Shown: piece after piece, positions 60,804-64,000 of the stretch | How the letters are laid out: each line of letters starts with the position of its first letter | Position numbering within the stretch: position 1 is the stretch's first letter | Assembly: GCA_963745235.1 (NCBI GenBank) | Contig: CAVUXE010000003.1 | Location: 64,001 to 128,000 of the forward strand | Reading direction: 5' to 3' | From: an uncultured Spirochaetota bacterium | Lineage (GTDB): Bacteria; Spirochaetota; Spirochaetia; SZUA-6; Fen-1364 | Length of the DNA: 64,000 nucleotides | Notes under the pieces: generated by a model | The model's database searches: none | Seen by the model: the letters and a program-made list of their open reading frames with translations, nothing else | Told to the model about the DNA's origin: nothing | Made by a program: the position numbers and the translations under genes

Positions 60804-62714
60804 CTAGTCTGCTCTGCCGAGGGCGTTCTGAACAGCGGAAATGAGGGCCTGAAGGCTGTGGGGCTTTTCTACAAGGCCAAGTGCGCCCTCGCGAAGGAGC
60901 TCCTGGGCGGAGCTGTCGATGACATGGCCAGTCGTGATGAGCACGCGCGCCTGGGGACTGGCTTCCCTGAGAAGCCGCAGGCACTCCTTCCCGCCCATGC
61001 CCGGCATGACCAGGTCCAGCACCACCAGGTCGATGCCGATGCCATTTCCGAATCTCGCCAGGCCTTCCCTGCCGTCCCTGGCGGTAACCACCGCGTACCC
61101 GCAGCTTTCCAGCATCCGTGTGATCACCTGCCGCACCTGGGGATCATCATCGACAACGAGGATGGTGCCGTGGCCGCGGGAGAAGCCCTGCTCTGAAGCT
61201 CCCTGCGGGGAGGTCCCGTCCGTCTGTTCGCTGCGCTCGCTCAGCGGCAGGAAGAGCTCAAACGTGGAGCCCTTTCCCGGAACGCTTGTCACCTCGATGA
61301 AGCCATTGTGGCTCGCGACGATTCCGTAGACCACGGCGAGCCCGAGCCCCGTGCCGCTGCGCACCGCCTTCGTGGTGACAAAGGGAATGAACAGTCTCTC
61401 GAGCATCTCCGGCGGCATTCCGACGCCCGTGTCGCGAACCGACAGCACGACATACTTTCCCGGCCGCCCGCTCACGTATTTTGCCGCCTCTTTCTCCGTC
61501 AGCTCCACCACGGACGTCCCGATGGTGAGAGTGCCGCCGGCAATTCCTTCCGCCCGCTCCATCATTGCATCCCGGGCGTTCAGGCAAAGATTGACAAGCA
61601 CCTGGCTCATCTGGTTGGGATCAGCCTCGATATTCACGGCGTCGGGAGAGAAAGACAGCTCGATGGCGATCTTTGGCGGAAAGGTCCTCTTGATGAGCTG
61701 CCACGTCTCACGGGCGATGTTGTTCAACGACACGGTCTGGCGCGTCCCCGGTGACTGCCGGGTGAAGAGGCGAAGCTGGCGGGTCAGCGCGGCGCCGCGG
61801 TCCACCGCGGCCCGCACCTGGATCAGGTCCTCGTACATCACGGTATCCCGCGGCGCTTCGATCAGGAGAAGCTCCATGTAGCCGTTGATGGCGGTGAGGA
61901 GGTTGTTGAAGTCGTGGGCGATCCCGCCGGCCAGCATTCCCAGGGCGTCCATCTTCTGGACCTGGAGGATCTGGGCCTGGAGTCTCTTGCGCTCGGTGAT
62001 GTCGACCACGGAGGACATCAGGCCAATGGCCCTGCTTTCCTCGTTTCTGACCACGGAAGCGGACAGCTCCACGCTGAACACGACGCCGTCCTTGCGGCGC
62101 GCCACAAGCTCCCCCCGCCACCCCCCCGAGCGGGGAAGGAGCTGCACGATGTCGCGAGCTTTTTCCCCGACCCAGATGTCTCCCATGGGAGCGCCGATGG
62201 CTTCGGCGGCGGACGCGTAGCCCCACATCTGCAGGAACGCGGAGTTCACCCACGTGATCTTCCCGTCAAGGTCCGCCAGCACGATCCCGTTGATCGAGGT
62301 ATTGATGGCGTGATTCTTGATGAAGAGCTCCTGGCTCTGGCTTTCCAACGCGGCGGAGAGCGCGTGACGCAGCTGTTCCTGGTCCGTGAGAATCTGCTGC
62401 TCGCGGGATTTCATGAAACCTGCAAGAAGCGCCTCAATGAAGGCGTCGGCGGCCGTGAGCGATTCCTGATTCCGCAGCCGCGTGCTGAGAAGCAGGATCG
62501 TTCTTTCGCCGAGTCCCTCCCTGGCAAGCTTCTGGCCGACCCCGGACGGGTCGGCAGCCGGGTCCTTTTCGATGAACCCGAGGAAAGAGCCCGCAAGCTC
62601 CTGTCCGATCTCCAGAAGACGGCGCGGATGCAGGGAATACCGGTTCTCGAACGCCGATTCACGCAGGCTCGAGCCGAGTGCATCCCCAAGAGTCTTCAGA
62701 GCGGACTCGGTCAT
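60804..62714 (-). CDS. Hybrid histidine kinase: helical N-terminal (RsbR-N-like) domain + PAS + HisKA/HATPase + receiver
   Basis: AHDFNNLL, NLCLNARDAM, PFVTTK, GTGLGL, VLDLVMP. Confidence 0.9.
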   Translation of the reverse strand: MTESALKTLGDALGSSLRESAFENRYSLHPRRLLEIGQELAGSFLGFIEKDPAADPSGVGQKLAREGLGERTILLLSTRLRNQESLTAADAFIEALLAGFMKSREQQILTDQEQLRHALSAALESQSQELFIKNHAINTSINGIVLADLDGKITWVNSAFLQMWGYASAAEAIGAPMGDIWVGEKARDIVQLLPRSGGWRGELVARRKDGVVFSVELSASVVRNEESRAIGLMSSVVDITERKRLQAQILQVQKMDALGMLAGGIAHDFNNLLTAINGYMELLLIEAPRDTVMYEDLIQVRAAVDRGAALTRQLRLFTRQSPGTRQTVSLNNIARETWQLIKRTFPPKIAIELSFSPDAVNIEADPNQMSQVLVNLCLNARDAMMERAEGIAGGTLTIGTSVVELTEKEAAKYVSGRPGKYVVLSVRDTGVGMPPEMLERLFIPFVTTKAVRSGTGLGLAVVYGIVASHNGFIEVTSVPGKGSTFELFLPLSERSEQTDGTSPQGASEQGFSRGHGTILVVDDDPQVRQVITRMLESCGYAVVTARDGREGLARFGNGIGIDLVVLDLVMPGMGGKECLRLLREASPQARVLITTGHVIDSSAQELLREGALGLVEKPHSLQALISAVQNALGRAD

Positions 62715-63505
62715 TTTTCCAGAATGACGCCCTGCATGGTCACGGAGTCCTGTTTCATCGTTTCTTCCTCAACGGCCGTCTTCATGCCGATCCACTCTTC
62801 CAGGGGCAGGAAGCCGGGCTCCCTCACTCTCCATGGCCGTATCAGCTGCTGGAGAGTATCCAGGGGTCGGAACCTCATGGGTTGGCCGAGCCCCTTGTAG
62901 ATGTTGAAGATCTCCTGCAGCGTGGGTGATATGGCCTCTCCCTGCAGGCACATGTCGCAGAGGAAGAGCCGGGAACCCGCATCCGCCCAGTCGTAGAGGG
63001 CTTTCATTGCATGGCCGATGGCATCGTCACTCAGAAAAAACGCGACTCCGTTGATGCCGAACGCGATCCTTCGGCTGGTTCCGAAAAACTCCGTGACCAC
63101 GGGCGCGCCCAGGAGATCCTCCGGCGTGCCCACGTTGCAGGCGACGTAGCGTGCGTTGGGGTTGTCCTTCAGTATTTCCTGCCCGTACGCGACGGTGACG
63201 GGGTCGATGTCGGAATAGATGACCTTCGTGCCCGCCGGGGTGATCTGGTGGATGTGATCGATTGTCGGCAGTCCCGAGGCAAAATCGATGAACTGGGTGT
63301 ATCCATCCGCCGCGAGCCGTCTCACCGCCTCGCCAAGGAACCAGCGGATGAGCCGGAGAACTTTCGGGAGAAAAGGTGCCTGCTTGAGGACTTGCTGGGT
63401 CGCCTGTCTGTCCACGTCGAAATTGTGGTTTCCTCCCAGCATGAAGTCGTACATCCGGCCGGCGTTGGGCTTGCTCGAATCAGCGATTGACGCGTACTCA
63501 GGCAT
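62711..63505 (-). CDS. SAM-dependent methyltransferase (Methyltransf_19 / actinobacterial type)
   Basis: PNAGRMYDFMLGGNHNFDVDR, QFIDFASGLPT..H.H, YSDIDPV. Confidence 0.88.
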   Translation of the reverse strand: MPEYASIADSSKPNAGRMYDFMLGGNHNFDVDRQATQQVLKQAPFLPKVLRLIRWFLGEAVRRLAADGYTQFIDFASGLPTIDHIHQITPAGTKVIYSDIDPVTVAYGQEILKDNPNARYVACNVGTPEDLLGAPVVTEFFGTSRRIAFGINGVAFFLSDDAIGHAMKALYDWADAGSRLFLCDMCLQGEAISPTLQEIFNIYKGLGQPMRFRPLDTLQQLIRPWRVREPGFLPLEEWIGMKTAVEEETMKQDSVTMQGVILEK

Positions 63506-63640
63506 TGTGACTCCTCTTCCCCTCTCTCCAGTATCATCGCGGAAAAGGGGGCCCATAGCAAGGTTCGCCGCACCTGGATGAAAAAGGCGGCGTCCGGCGT
63601 GGCCGCCCCGGGGGACAGGGTCACACGCGCGCGGCTGGAA

Positions 63641-64000
63641 TCAAGCTCTGCCCAGACGCTGCGGGGTTATCACGTTGGAAGTCCTGTCCAGGACCAGGCG
63701 TACTCCGCTCATCGACTGGGCAACCGCGAAAGGCACATGGCAGAGCTCCACGAGCACGCCACGGTGGATCTCCCCTGCTGCCGCGACAGTGGATTCCTTG
63801 TTCTTGTCCAGCAAGGCAGCAAGGCCTTTCGCGGAATCGCTCATCTTGTGCATTGCGGTCTTCAGATTGTCACGAGCCTGGAGAAGGTGCGGGTCCCCCT
63901 GCCCCCGAGCGGCAAGCCTGGCCTCCACGTCCTTGAGCGCGAGGCCGAGCTCCGCGTTCTTGTCCTTGATCCAGGCAAGCTTCTGCTGAACCCGGGAGTC
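63641..64000 (-). CDS. C-terminal fragment of a second DUF342/FapA-like protein
   Basis: Coiled coil followed by VAAAGEIHRGVLVEL, resembling the tail of the 3467 protein (VRGTLFPGAVIE). Confidence 0.6.
   Translation of the reverse strand, partial: DSRVQQKLAWIKDKNAELGLALKDVEARLAARGQGDPHLLQARDNLKTAMHKMSDSAKGLAALLDKNKESTVAAAGEIHRGVLVELCHVPFAVAQSMSGVRLVLDRTSNVITPQRLGRA

Overview
A gene-dense, high-GC chromosomal window, most likely from an anaerobic or microaerophilic free-living spirochaete. This is inferred from DUF342/FapA proteins, a STAS-zinc-ribbon protein, an Asp-type MurA, FabV and a spirochaetal-style lipobox. No rRNA, tRNA, CRISPR array, transposase or integrase was seen. About 14 single-base indels split otherwise intact genes, including murA, which points to long-read consensus errors rather than real pseudogenes. 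The left and middle parts hold an epsilonproteobacterial-type NifS/NifU pair, lgt, ctpA, rsmE, a STAS-YbjN-PspA envelope-stress cluster followed by an LptF/G-like pair and DjlA, superoxide reductase plus ferritin, a peptide ABC transporter, fabV, three tandem M42 aminopeptidases and a cadherin-repeat lipoprotein. The most interesting part is a roughly 14 kb minus-strand hydrogen locus (46.6-60.8 kb). It has a perfect sigma54 promoter with tandem enhancer-like dyads, two DRTGG proteins, an RsbT-like kinase fused to a degenerate [FeFe]-hydrogenase-like domain, a PHP protein and an ATPase. These are followed by a multimeric [FeFe]-hydrogenase whose NuoF subunit is fused to a GltD/NfnB-like NADPH module, then a sensory hydrogenase-histidine kinase feeding three receivers with no DNA-binding output. 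A methyltransferase translationally coupled to a hybrid kinase lies just upstream. Many genes appear to have leaderless or near-leaderless transcripts. All family calls come from motif recognition by eye; no database search was run.
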